From positions 1-53,310 of the forward strand of contig CALNYG010000013.1 in the NCBI GenBank assembly GCA_942490825.1: 53,310 nucleotides of DNA, read 5' to 3'. The stretch is from Candidatus Moraniibacteriota bacterium. GTDB taxonomy: Bacteria > Patescibacteriota > Minisyncoccia > Moranbacterales > GCA-2747515. Positions 29,389 to 38,835 of the stretch are shown in pieces. The notes below the pieces were generated by a model, which searched no databases, was not told where the DNA came from, and saw only the letters and a list, made by a program, of their open reading frames with translations. Position 1 is the stretch's first letter. Each line of letters starts with the position of its first letter. A program made the translations under genes and the position numbers.

Positions 29389-29667
29389 TTAATTGAGAGT
29401 TGTAAAATAATTTTTAATTTACAAATCTTAAAATAATACAATTTGTCATTGTGAGGAATGATCATGATAAGCAATGTAGCAACTAAATTTATTTATCGTT
29501 AAGGAGTTATTCAGTCAGTTAATTACAAATTACGAGTCGTAAATTGCTGGTTTGTACTTGCTATATATTATTTTTGTGATTATAATAAATTAGTTAGTGA
29601 TCCTGAATATTTCAGGAACTTTTTTGATGATATTTTTAAATTACTTCTGAATAAATCAATTAATCTT

Positions 29668-31074
29668 ATGGATGTAAAATGGTTTAAAGGAAAAAGAATT
29701 ACAGTCTTTGGAGTAGGGCTATTAGGAGGTGGTATAGGAACCATTCGTTTTTTAGTTGAAAATGGAGCTCGAGTTATTGCTACAGACATAAAAAGCAAAA
29801 AAGAACTGGCGCCTGCCTTAGAACAATTGAAAGATTTAAAAAATGTTGAGTATGTTTTAGGTCAGCACCGAAGAGAAGATTTTACAAAAGTTGATATGAT
29901 TGTTAAAACCCCACCAGTACCTTGGACTAATAAACATATTAAATTAGCTTTAGAGAAAAAAATTCCAGTCGAAGTGGATTCTAGTTTATTTTTTAAATTA
30001 TGTAAAAATCCTATTATTGGTATTACAGGAACTAAAGGTAAGACAACAACTTCGCATCTTATTTATCACATTCTAAAAAAGGCTGGAAAGAATCCGGTTC
30101 AGGTGGGCATTGGTCAGACACCAGTTTTAAATCGATTGAATTTATTAAAAAAGAATTCAGTCGTTGTTTTTGAATTGTCTAGTTGGCGATTATCTGCTTT
30201 AGCAAATGCTAAAATAAGTCCACACATTGCTGTTTTTACAAATCTCTTTCCAGATCATATGAATTACTATAAGACGATGGAGACATATCTAAATGATAAA
30301 AAAAATATTTTAATTCATCAAAAACCAAAAGATTGGTTTGTGTGTAATTGTGATGATAAAGTTATTGGTCATCTTTGTAATGAGGCACTTGGTAATGTTA
30401 TGGCTGTTTCTATGAATGAAAAAACAGAAGGTAGAAGTGTTTTTTGTAGAGATGGTAAAATTTATTTAAATGACGGAATAGATGCTAAAGAATTAATAAA
30501 TGTAAAAGATTTGTCTTTGAGAGGAACTCATAATATTACTAACATTATGTTAGCTGTTGGAGCATGTTTTAATTATGGTGTTAATACTAAAAATATTAAG
30601 TTGGGAATCAAATCTTTTCGTCCAATTTCTCATCGTTTAGAGTTTATAATTAAGAAAGATGGAATTAAATATTATAATGACACAACAGCAACTAATCCAC
30701 AGTCAGCTCTGGCTTCTATTAATGCTTTTGATGAACCGATTATTTTAATTGCGGGCGGGAGTGACAAAAAACTTCCATATAAAGAATTCGCAGAAGCAAT
30801 TTCTGAAAAAGTTAAAGGAGTTGTTTTTATTAAAGGAGGGGCAACAGATAAAATTATAATGCATATTAAAAAATACTTAACAGAGAAAGGTTGTTGTGAT
30901 TGCAAAAAACATTTTGAAGTTGTTGATTCAATGGACAAGGCGGTTGAATTGGCTTCACGGAGCGCTGATGAGGGAGATGTGGTGTTGTTGTCTCCTGGTG
31001 CGGCAAGCTTTGGTGTTTTTTCAAATGAATTTGATCGAGGGAATAAGTTTAAATATGCGGTTAAGAATTTGTAG
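29668..31074 (+). CDS. murD: UDP-N-acetylmuramoyl-L-alanine:D-glutamate ligase
   Basis: ITGTKGKTTT, FELSSW, DHMNYY, HRLE, YYND..ATN, LLSPGAASF..F.NEFDRG. Confidence 0.95.
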   Translation: MDVKWFKGKRITVFGVGLLGGGIGTIRFLVENGARVIATDIKSKKELAPALEQLKDLKNVEYVLGQHRREDFTKVDMIVKTPPVPWTNKHIKLALEKKIPVEVDSSLFFKLCKNPIIGITGTKGKTTTSHLIYHILKKAGKNPVQVGIGQTPVLNRLNLLKKNSVVVFELSSWRLSALANAKISPHIAVFTNLFPDHMNYYKTMETYLNDKKNILIHQKPKDWFVCNCDDKVIGHLCNEALGNVMAVSMNEKTEGRSVFCRDGKIYLNDGIDAKELINVKDLSLRGTHNITNIMLAVGACFNYGVNTKNIKLGIKSFRPISHRLEFIIKKDGIKYYNDTTATNPQSALASINAFDEPIILIAGGSDKKLPYKEFAEAISEKVKGVVFIKGGATDKIIMHIKKYLTEKGCCDCKKHFEVVDSMDKAVELASRSADEGDVVLLSPGAASFGVFSNEFDRGNKFKYAVKNL

Positions 31075-31157
31075 GAAAGTATTTTAGTTTACTTTTTCAA
31101 TTTATGATACCATGTCATTGAATAGAGGGACTTCTAAGGTATCTTAAAATTCTTTTC

Positions 31158-31186
31158 TTGACATAAATCAATTTTTTGATTATTCT
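31158..31186 (+). promoter_or_regulatory. Putative promoter of rpsP
   Basis: TTGACA-N17-TATTCT. Confidence 0.55.
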
Positions 31187-31262
31187 ATAAAGTACATGCA
31201 ATAAATAACTTGACGGAAGCTCATTATCCGTTCGTTTTAATTTATTTTTTTATATAGTTTTT

Positions 31263-31631
31263 ATGTTAGTAATACGTTTCAATCGAGTAGGGCGACACAA
31301 TCGAGCACAATATCGAATCGTTGTTCAAGAAAAATCAAAAGCTCCAGGTGGGCGACATATTGCAATGGTGGGTAGTTATGATCCACATAGTAAAAATGTA
31401 GTTTTGAAAGAAGATCAAATTAAAGATTGGATTTCTAAAGGTGCAAAACCATCTGATTCAGTTCACAATTTATTAGTTTCAAATAAGGTTATTAATGAAG
31501 CTAAAAAAGCAGTAAAATTACCTACAAAAAAAGTTGAAGAAAAAGAAGCTGAAAAGGCTGAAGAAGGTAAAAAAGAAGTAAAAGAAGTAAAAGAAGAAAA
31601 AGCTGAAGGAGAGAATAAAGAAAAAAAATAA
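31263..31631 (+). CDS. rpsP: 30S ribosomal protein S16 with charged C-terminal tail
   Basis: MLVIRFNRVGR....YRIVV......P.GR....VGSYDP; W...GAKPSDSV.NLL. Confidence 0.96.
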   Translation: MLVIRFNRVGRHNRAQYRIVVQEKSKAPGGRHIAMVGSYDPHSKNVVLKEDQIKDWISKGAKPSDSVHNLLVSNKVINEAKKAVKLPTKKVEEKEAEKAEEGKKEVKEVKEEKAEGENKEKK

Positions 31632-31710
31632 ATCTGATTGAATCAGATGAAAAAATTTGACAGTTTATCGGATTTGATATAGAATTTAGAAATTGATAAA
31701 GAAATATTTT

Positions 31711-31810
31711 TCCGCAGAAACGAGGCATTAAATAAGACCTTGTGAGGATCTAAATAAGTCTCGAACTTTTTAAGAGATTCTGCGGTTTAGAAATGAACGC
31801 AGAATTTTTT
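31711..31810 (+). promoter_or_regulatory. L10 leader RNA with overlapping terminator (attenuator)
   Basis: CCGCAGAA-ACGAGG..TTAA..CCTTG-TGAGG matches the L10-leader pattern; terminator attctgcg/cgcagaat plus T run at 31777-31810. Confidence 0.7.
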
Positions 31811-31848
31811 ATTTTCAATAATTTTATTTATAGCCTAAATACAAAGTT

Positions 31849-32367
31849 ATGCTTACAAGACAACAAAAAGAGGAAATCGTTGAAAAATTATCAGAAGAAG
31901 TAAAAAATTCACCTTCTTGTGTTTTTGCTGATTTCAAAGGTTTTGGTGCTAATGACATGGTGACCTTAAAAAGAGAATTAAGAAATGCAGATTCGACTTT
32001 TCAAATTGTTAAGAAGAAATTACTTTCGATTGCATTGAAAAATAATAATATCGATTTAGATCCAAAAAGTATTGAAGGTCAGATTGCAATCAGTGTTTCT
32101 GGAGATGAGGTTACTTCAGCAAAAGTTATTCACGAGACTTCTAAAGGGAATGAAAATATTAAAATTGTTGGTGGAATTTTAGACGGAGAAATTATCAGTA
32201 AAGAGGAGGTTGAGAAACTTGCTAAATTACCATCTACTGATGAGTTGCGAGCTAGATTAGTTGGTCAAATGCAGGCACCAATAAGTGGTTTCGTAAATAC
32301 ATTAGCTGGAGTGCCAAGGTCATTTGTTCAAGTTTTGAAAGCTGTGGCTGATAATAAAGAAGCGTAA
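31849..32367 (+). CDS. rplJ: 50S ribosomal protein L10
   Basis: QQKEEIV..L, DFKG, .LKRELR, VKK.L, LAKLPS.DEL.A.LVG...API. Confidence 0.96.
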   Translation: MLTRQQKEEIVEKLSEEVKNSPSCVFADFKGFGANDMVTLKRELRNADSTFQIVKKKLLSIALKNNNIDLDPKSIEGQIAISVSGDEVTSAKVIHETSKGNENIKIVGGILDGEIISKEEVEKLAKLPSTDELRARLVGQMQAPISGFVNTLAGVPRSFVQVLKAVADNKEA

Positions 32368-32416
32368 ATTTTTTAAGTTATATTTTTTAATAAATAATAA
32401 TTAATTAGTCAATTAT

Positions 32417-32848
32417 ATGACAGAAGAAAAAAAGACAGAGGAAACTACTGAAGAAGACAAAAAAGAAGTAGAAGTTCCTAAAAAATTCAAAAAAATTGTT
32501 GAAGAGATTGAACAAATGAGTGTTCTAGATCTTTCAGAACTTGTTTCTATTCTTGAAGATAAGTTTGGTGTTAGTGCTGCTGCTCCTGTAGCTATGGCTA
32601 TGCCAGGTGCTGTTGGTGAAGAAACTGCTGAGGAAAAATCTAGCTTTGATGTTGAACTTACATCTATAGGTGATTCAAAGATTAATGTAATTAAAGCTGT
32701 TAAAGAAGTTACTGGTCTAGGATTAAAAGAGGCTAAAGATATTGTAGACGGAGCTCCTAAAGTTATTAAAGAGGGAGTTGCTACTACTGAAGCTGAAGAA
32801 TTGAAAGGTAAACTTGAAGAAGCTGGAGCTACTGTTACTCTTAAATAA
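32417..32848 (+). CDS. rplL: 50S ribosomal protein L7/L12
   Basis: [41 protein letters not shown]. Confidence 0.98.
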   Translation: MTEEKKTEETTEEDKKEVEVPKKFKKIVEEIEQMSVLDLSELVSILEDKFGVSAAAPVAMAMPGAVGEETAEEKSSFDVELTSIGDSKINVIKAVKEVTGLGLKEAKDIVDGAPKVIKEGVATTEAEELKGKLEEAGATVTLK

Positions 32849-32882
32849 TTTATTTCATAGATTATTTAGTTTGTATGCACAT

Positions 32883-32916
32883 AAAAAGTCGTCTGATTAT
32901 TTCGGACGGCTTTTTT
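32883..32916 (+). terminator. Intrinsic terminator after rplL
   Basis: aaaaagtcgtctga / tcggacggcttttt. Confidence 0.8.
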
Positions 32917-32925
32917 GTTTTATAG

Positions 32926-32964
32926 ATTTTGTAGAAACGTTGCATTGCAACGTTTCTACAAAAT
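32926..32964. repeat. REP-type perfect palindrome, distant copy
   Basis: attttgtagaaacgttgca-t-tgcaacgtttctacaaaat; 14-bp core arms identical to the 6494 copy. Confidence 0.9.
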
Positions 32965-32979
32965 CCGTGCGGCGAGCAC
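32963..32979 (+). repeat. Dispersed 17-nt motif, copy 3, abutting the REP
   Basis: ATCCGTGCGGCGAGCAC. Confidence 0.9.
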
Positions 32980-33064
32980 TTTATTTTCTTTTTGATATCT
33001 TTAAGAAATGTTATAGTATATGTAGTAAACTTAAAATATATTTTTTAAATTTTAAAATAAAATT

Positions 33065-33801
33065 ATGATGAATCTTGAAAATAAAAAAATTATTATCACT
33101 GGTGCAGCAGCGGGGATTGGTAGGGCTACGGCGGTGAAGTGTGTTGAATATGGTGCAACTGTTTTGGCTATTGATATTAATGAAGATGGCCTGAATAAAT
33201 TGCGAGATGAGTTTGGGGATGATAAGATTCAGATTTTTAATTTTGATATTTCAAATTTAGATGAAATTAAGAATTTTTTTGATCAAATTAGAAAAGATAA
33301 TGTTGAGATTTATGGTCTCGTAAATAACGCAGGTATTTATTTGGGGAAATCTGTTTTGGAATATAGTGATGTAGATATTGAAAAAGTAATGGCGGTAAAT
33401 TTGATAGCACCAATTTATTTTTCTAAGGAATTTGCTCGGGAAAAAATAAGTGAAAAAAACAGGGTGTGATTGTAAATATTGCGTCTGTTTCGGGTGAAGC
33501 AGGAACGTCGGAATCGGTTTATGGTGCGACTAAAGCGGGAGTGATTGGTTTGACGAAAAGTAATGCGATTGATTTTTCTCCTTATGTTCGGATTAATGCG
33601 GTTGCTCCGGGAACGACAAAGACTGCTTTGATGGATTGTATGTCAGAGGAGCGAATTAAGATTCATGAAGATAGGGAATTGATTGAGGGTTGTACTCAAC
33701 CTGATGATATTGCGAATGCGGTTTTGTTTTTGCTGTCGGATGATTCGAAACATTGTGCAGGGATGACTTTGGATGTTAATAATGGGTATTATTTGAGGTA
33801 A
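33065..33801 (+). pseudogene. Short-chain dehydrogenase/reductase (FabG-like) split by a -1 frameshift
   Basis: First half TGAAAGIG and NNAGI; second half IVNIAS, YGATK, RINAVAPG; halves join if one A is added to the A7 run 33453-33459. Confidence 0.85.
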
Positions 33802-33805
33802 ATAA

Positions 33806-34305
33806 TTATTCTTCGAATTTCACAAATAAGAAATTATCAATGATCTGATTCGTTTTTGAATAACCAGAATCTTTTCTCATTTCTAGTACACATTCGACAT
33901 AGCTATTTTTAATGTTAATTGGAAGTTTTCCTGAAATTTTAATTTAGGATTACTAGAGTAAATCATTTGTAATTTTATATGTTCGTTTAATTTATTTAAA
34001 ACATTATCACTTGCTCATAGCCACGCCATCGAATAGGCTTCATATATCTTATTTTTATTTGGTTCGTTCGTTGGTTGCCCCTCTATAAATATCATCATCG
34101 CTTTACTTAATTTTTCATAAGCATGTCTTTTTTTCATTAGAATTTGGGACTTGTCAGAAAATTCAGATTTTACCTCTTCAACTTTTTCTGTAATTTTTTC
34201 TATATCTTCTTGAGTTGCTAGATTTTTACCTTTTTCATTAAGATAGCTAATGATATATAAAACAGTTGCATTTATTAGTGTATAGAGTATTATTTCTAAT
34301 AACAT
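33806..34305 (-). pseudogene. Membrane-anchored hypothetical protein (KGKNLAT.EDI motif), interrupted
   Basis: Frame continues past TGA 34015-34017 (AWL*ASDNVL); after a missing A at plus-strand T5 33906-33910 it reads SYVECVLEMRKDSGYSK...FEE* (TAA 33806-33808). Confidence 0.7.
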
Positions 34306-34375
34306 ATTTTTAAAAGTTAATTTATTATAGCTATTTAAATATTAGCATTTAAAAAATATTCAATCAATTTCATCA

Positions 34376-34404
34376 TTGCCACCACTCCAAAAACTGCGTA
34401 TAAT
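34376..34404 (+). promoter_or_regulatory. Putative promoter of the GT4 gene
   Basis: TTGCCA-N17-TATAAT. Confidence 0.55.
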
Positions 34405-34445
34405 ATTAAATAGAATAAAAGAAACATTTTAAAATTATCGCAATT

Positions 34446-35600
34446 ATGAAAATCGGAATAAATGCCAGTTTTTTACGTAAGCCAGCCACAGGAATAGGGC
34501 AAGTTACCACACATTTTTTAAACGAGTTAATTAAACAAATCAAAGAAGAAAAAAAGTACAAGAACTATAAGTTCGTACTTTATTTAGAGGAGGATATAGA
34601 ATTAGATTTACCAAAGAATTTTGAAAAAAAAGTTTTCTTACCGTTTTATAAAAGAGACGATTTATTTCGAAAAATATTATGGGAAAAATTTAGCTTACCT
34701 TACCAAGCACATAAAGACGGATGTAGTATACTTTTCAGTCTATATCAATCAGCAACGATAATAAAATATGTTTGCATGAAACACATCGCTTTAGTGCATG
34801 ATATAATCCCAAGAATATTTCCAGAATACTTAAATAATTTCCGCAAAAGATTTTATCAGTCTCAAGTGGAAAAAGCTATTTATGGTGCTCATATTATTAT
34901 AACAGTTTCGGAATATAGTAAAAAAGATTTGATTGAAAAAATGAATGTTAAACCCGGAAAGATTTTTTCAAATTATATTTCTATAGATTCTTTATATTCA
35001 AAAGAGGTTACTCAAAATGATTCAGAACGAGTGATGAAAAAATATAATTTAGAATCAGGATATATTTATTCAGGTGGAGGATTAGAAGTTAGAAAAAATA
35101 CAGATGGAACTTTGCGGGCTTATAAAAAATTAGTTGATCGAAATATTAGTGTTCCTCCTTTAGTTATTTCAGGAAAATTAATGCCGCAATTAGCACCGTT
35201 AATTGTTGATGTTGAAAAGCTGATTAAAGAGTTGGAACTTGAAGATAAAGTAAAGTTACTCGGTTATGTTGATCAAAAAGATTTACCAGCGTTGTATAAG
35301 AATGCCTCTATGTTTGTGTTTCCTTCACATTATGAAGGATTCGGAATGCCTGTACTTGAAGCAATGCAAATCGGAACTCCAGTAGTAACAGTAAAAACTT
35401 CTAGCTTAGAAGAAGTTGGTGGTGATTCAGTTTTATATTCAGATGATGAATCGGATGAAGATTTAGCAAGTAAAATGGAGGAACTATTAGAAGGTGAGGA
35501 TTTGCGAAATGATTTAGTTATTAAAGCTAAAGAGAAGGCTAATAAATTTTCTTGGGATAAATTTGTAAAAAAGTTTTTCGAAATTGTAGAGGATAAATAA
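34446..35600 (+). CDS. Glycosyltransferase family 4 (GT-B)
   Basis: MKIGINA, TGIG, HDIIP, RKN, FVFPSHYEGFGMPVLEAM, FSWD. Confidence 0.93.
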   Translation: MKIGINASFLRKPATGIGQVTTHFLNELIKQIKEEKKYKNYKFVLYLEEDIELDLPKNFEKKVFLPFYKRDDLFRKILWEKFSLPYQAHKDGCSILFSLYQSATIIKYVCMKHIALVHDIIPRIFPEYLNNFRKRFYQSQVEKAIYGAHIIITVSEYSKKDLIEKMNVKPGKIFSNYISIDSLYSKEVTQNDSERVMKKYNLESGYIYSGGGLEVRKNTDGTLRAYKKLVDRNISVPPLVISGKLMPQLAPLIVDVEKLIKELELEDKVKLLGYVDQKDLPALYKNASMFVFPSHYEGFGMPVLEAMQIGTPVVTVKTSSLEEVGGDSVLYSDDESDEDLASKMEELLEGEDLRNDLVIKAKEKANKFSWDKFVKKFFEIVEDK

Positions 35601-35642
35601 TTTATTTTTAATAATATAATTTTATTAAAAAATTTCAAATAT

Positions 35643-35777
35643 TGTCATCTCGAGCTTAGTGATAGCGAAGTCGAGAGCTGAGGTGAATGTCGTAGACAGG
35701 GAATTTCCCCTGAGGGATCTGAAAACTTTGTAATTTTCTATGAACTTTGATATTTCTCCATTCCAGCTGAAATGACA
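35643..35777. repeat. Palindromic miniature element with TGTCAT...ATGACA ends
   Basis: Starts tgtcatctcgagc, ends gatatttctccattccagctgaaatgaca; internal hairpins. Confidence 0.6.
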
Positions 35778-35840
35778 TAGGGTAGGTTTTTTAAGACGTC
35801 TAATTAAAACTTAAGTAAGTCATTTTTAATTTTAGTAATC

Positions 35841-37424
35841 ATGGAGAAAAAAATTTTAATAATTTCAAATGCTGTATTTATTTTAACTTTGATTATTTTA
35901 TCAAATTTAAATATTTTACCTTTTGAAAACTTTTTGTCTTTTGGATTATTTTCATTTTTGCTTCTCTGTTTAGCTTTTTATCGATTAAGAACAACTTTTT
36001 TATTTTTTATTGGAACTCTTGTTTTGGAAAATATTAATTTAGTTCCAATTGAATTAGGGATAAATATTCGACCATATCAACTTTTAGGAGGAATAATATT
36101 TTCTGTAATTTTATTAAAATTAATTTTTAATAAATTAGAAATTAAATTACCAAAATTTTATTGGAAAGATGGTTTAATTTTAACTTTTATTTTGGCAGGA
36201 TTTTTTAGCTCTATTTTTGCAGAAAATCAAATATTGTCTCTAAAACAATCAATAATTATAGCTTCTTTTGGAATATTATATTTTTTAGTCAGAATTTTTA
36301 TAAAAGATTTTAATGATTTAAAGAAAACAATTCCATTTTTTCTAAGTTCTTCGTTTATAGTTGTGCTGTATGGAATTTGGCAAAATTGGCAATTTATGCG
36401 AGGCGGTAATCATTTCGAAGTGATGGCGGGTCGTTCGAATGCAACTTTTTCTGAGCCAGATTGGTTAGGGATGTTTTTAGTTTTTTTGACTGCCATTTTG
36501 TTAATCACAACTTTTAAAAATAATAAATCCATAAAAAACTTTTTTAAGCAGAAAGAAAGTTTATTTAATTTTTCTTTTTTAATTTCGAATTTCGTTTTGC
36601 TAATTTTAACAGTAGCTAGGAGTGCATGGTTGGGTGCAGGGATTGTTATTGCTAGTTTTTCATTATTAACTTTATTAAATTCGAATAGTGGTTGGAAAAT
36701 ATTATATAAAAATTTAAATTATAAAAAGTTTTTTTCGCAAAGTCTAATTATTTTTTCAGCAGGAATTATTTCAATTGGGTTAGTTTATTTTTTAAATTTA
36801 ACTAATTTTGAATTGGGAAATAGGATTCAAAGTACAAGTTCAGGAAAACAGGAAATTACAATTTCTTGTATTTTAATGTTTAGCATGGAACAAAATGATT
36901 TTTTGAATTCTCCAGTGAAAGAAATTAAAAATGTTGAAGAATTAAAAAAATATAATTGTCGGCATATTAATTTAGAGGAAATTGAAAGGGAAGAATTGAA
37001 GGGAAATTTAGTAACTAGGATTTATCGTAATGATCCGAATGTTGATGCGAGATCGGAAGTTTATAAAAAGTCTTGGACAGAAATTAAAAACAACTGGTTT
37101 TTTGGAATTGGCTGGGGTAATATTGGAGACATTTTGGGAACAGATGAAAGTGGAACACCTTTAAATTCGAGTAATATTTTTCTTGAAGTTTGGTTGGGTT
37201 CTGGTATTTTAGGAATAGTATCTTTTATTACTTTGTTTGTTAATATTCTTTGGCAAGGTTTAATTTATTTTTTAAAAAAAGAAAACTTTAAAAATAAATC
37301 ATGGGGATTATTTTTAATCTTAGGTATTGTGGCAATCTTAATTCCAAATATGTTTAATGCGGGAATCATGTTGGGATTTCTATGGTTATTTTTCGGAGTA
37401 AGTGGATTGAATACAAAGTCTTAA
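35841..37424 (+). CDS. O-antigen ligase-like (Wzy_C) polytopic membrane protein
   Basis: About 12 TM segments; GRSNATFSEPDWLG, LTVARSAWLG, R..VYK......WFFGIGWGN, NIFLEVWLGSGILG. Confidence 0.85.
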   Translation: MEKKILIISNAVFILTLIILSNLNILPFENFLSFGLFSFLLLCLAFYRLRTTFLFFIGTLVLENINLVPIELGINIRPYQLLGGIIFSVILLKLIFNKLEIKLPKFYWKDGLILTFILAGFFSSIFAENQILSLKQSIIIASFGILYFLVRIFIKDFNDLKKTIPFFLSSSFIVVLYGIWQNWQFMRGGNHFEVMAGRSNATFSEPDWLGMFLVFLTAILLITTFKNNKSIKNFFKQKESLFNFSFLISNFVLLILTVARSAWLGAGIVIASFSLLTLLNSNSGWKILYKNLNYKKFFSQSLIIFSAGIISIGLVYFLNLTNFELGNRIQSTSSGKQEITISCILMFSMEQNDFLNSPVKEIKNVEELKKYNCRHINLEEIEREELKGNLVTRIYRNDPNVDARSEVYKKSWTEIKNNWFFGIGWGNIGDILGTDESGTPLNSSNIFLEVWLGSGILGIVSFITLFVNILWQGLIYFLKKENFKNKSWGLFLILGIVAILIPNMFNAGIMLGFLWLFFGVSGLNTKS

Positions 37425-37499
37425 TTTTTGATTTTATTTTATGCAACGTTTTATTTTTTTAAAAATGGTATAATAAAATCATAAAGTTTTAAAAATAAA

Positions 37500-38576
37500 A
37501 TGAATAAAAAATATTTAGTTATAATTTTTTTAATTATTACGATCTTTTCGCTAGGTGGTTTTTTTGTGCATGCATTTATAAATAAAGAAAAGTTAGAGGA
37601 AGTAACGGAAAATCAGGAAACTGAGATTGATGATGAAAACAGCGAAGAACAAACAGTTTACGAAAATCAGTCATCGAATGTTAGAATTGGTGAAATAAGT
37701 GAGTCTGAATATTTGAAAAATATTCAAAGTGAAAAAAAAGATATTACTAAAATAGAAAATACAGAAGATCCTAAAATTGCTAAAAAATATAAACCTTTTG
37801 ATTTTGTAGTAATTGCTGATTCAGAAAGTTATAAAGCTACTGGCGGTCATGAGGAAAAATTTGAAAGTGTGTTAGCGAAGGCAACTTCATATAAACCAGA
37901 CTTCGCTGTTTTTTCAGGAGACATTGTTATACAAAGTGGTCCAGATGTAGCTAGAATTAAGAATATTAAAAATTTAATTGAAAGGCATTTTGAAAAATAC
38001 TATATTGCTTTTGGTAAGCATGATGTTGAATGTGGAGCGTCATGTGTTGATGTTTGGGAGTCTGTATTTTTTAATAAAAAATATAAATTAGGTGAGACAC
38101 GTAAGTTATATCATTCGTTTGATTATGAAAATACACATTTTGTTTTACTTTCTTCAGATTATCCAATTAAACATGCAGTTGATGATGAACAATTAGCATG
38201 GTTAAATACTGATTTAAAAAATAATGATAAATCAAATGTTATTGTTGTTGTGCACGTTCCCCCAGTCACTTTTTTTAAAGAGTCAGCTAAGGAAAATCAT
38301 GATATGACATATAATGTTGTGCAAAGGGATAAGCTACTTGCTATTTTAAATAAATATAAAGTTGATTTGGTTATTTCAGGTCATGAGCATGTTTTTGATC
38401 ATAAAGTTGTGGATGGGATTGATTATGTTTTGGCGGGTGCTGTTGGTAAGAGTAAGAGATATAAAGATTCTATTTGGAAAGATAGTTTTTTGTATATTAC
38501 TGTTTCTGGAAATAGGATTGTTTTAAAATCTTTTGGTTTGGATGGGGAATTGATTCGGGAGATCAGGGTTAAGTAG
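37500..38576 (+). CDS. Membrane-anchored calcineurin-like metallophosphoesterase (GNHD motif changed to GKHD)
   Basis: ADSES, SGDIV, GKHD, HVPP, GHEH after an N-terminal TM helix. Confidence 0.85.
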   Translation: MNKKYLVIIFLIITIFSLGGFFVHAFINKEKLEEVTENQETEIDDENSEEQTVYENQSSNVRIGEISESEYLKNIQSEKKDITKIENTEDPKIAKKYKPFDFVVIADSESYKATGGHEEKFESVLAKATSYKPDFAVFSGDIVIQSGPDVARIKNIKNLIERHFEKYYIAFGKHDVECGASCVDVWESVFFNKKYKLGETRKLYHSFDYENTHFVLLSSDYPIKHAVDDEQLAWLNTDLKNNDKSNVIVVVHVPPVTFFKESAKENHDMTYNVVQRDKLLAILNKYKVDLVISGHEHVFDHKVVDGIDYVLAGAVGKSKRYKDSIWKDSFLYITVSGNRIVLKSFGLDGELIREIRVK

Positions 38577-38835
38577 ATTCTTCTTGATTTTTTATAGCTC
38601 GCATGATAAACTTATTTATCGGGTAAGAATTTGCTCGTAATATTTTTTTAGACATTTGATTGAATATATTAAAAAGAGCTTAAATTATTTTAAAAAAGTA
38701 GTTTTAGTTCTTTTTGAAATAGGCAGTTTATATTTTTCTTTAAAATTAAAGAAATAATATTTTTTAAAAAGAATGTGCTAATTGTAAAAAATTACAAAAA
38801 AGGAGAAGCTATGTCTGATGTAAAAAAGTGGCTCT

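Noticed and set aside
37438-37452. tgcaacgttt as an additional REP
   Set aside because: Only a 10-nt half match without the partner arm; may be chance.
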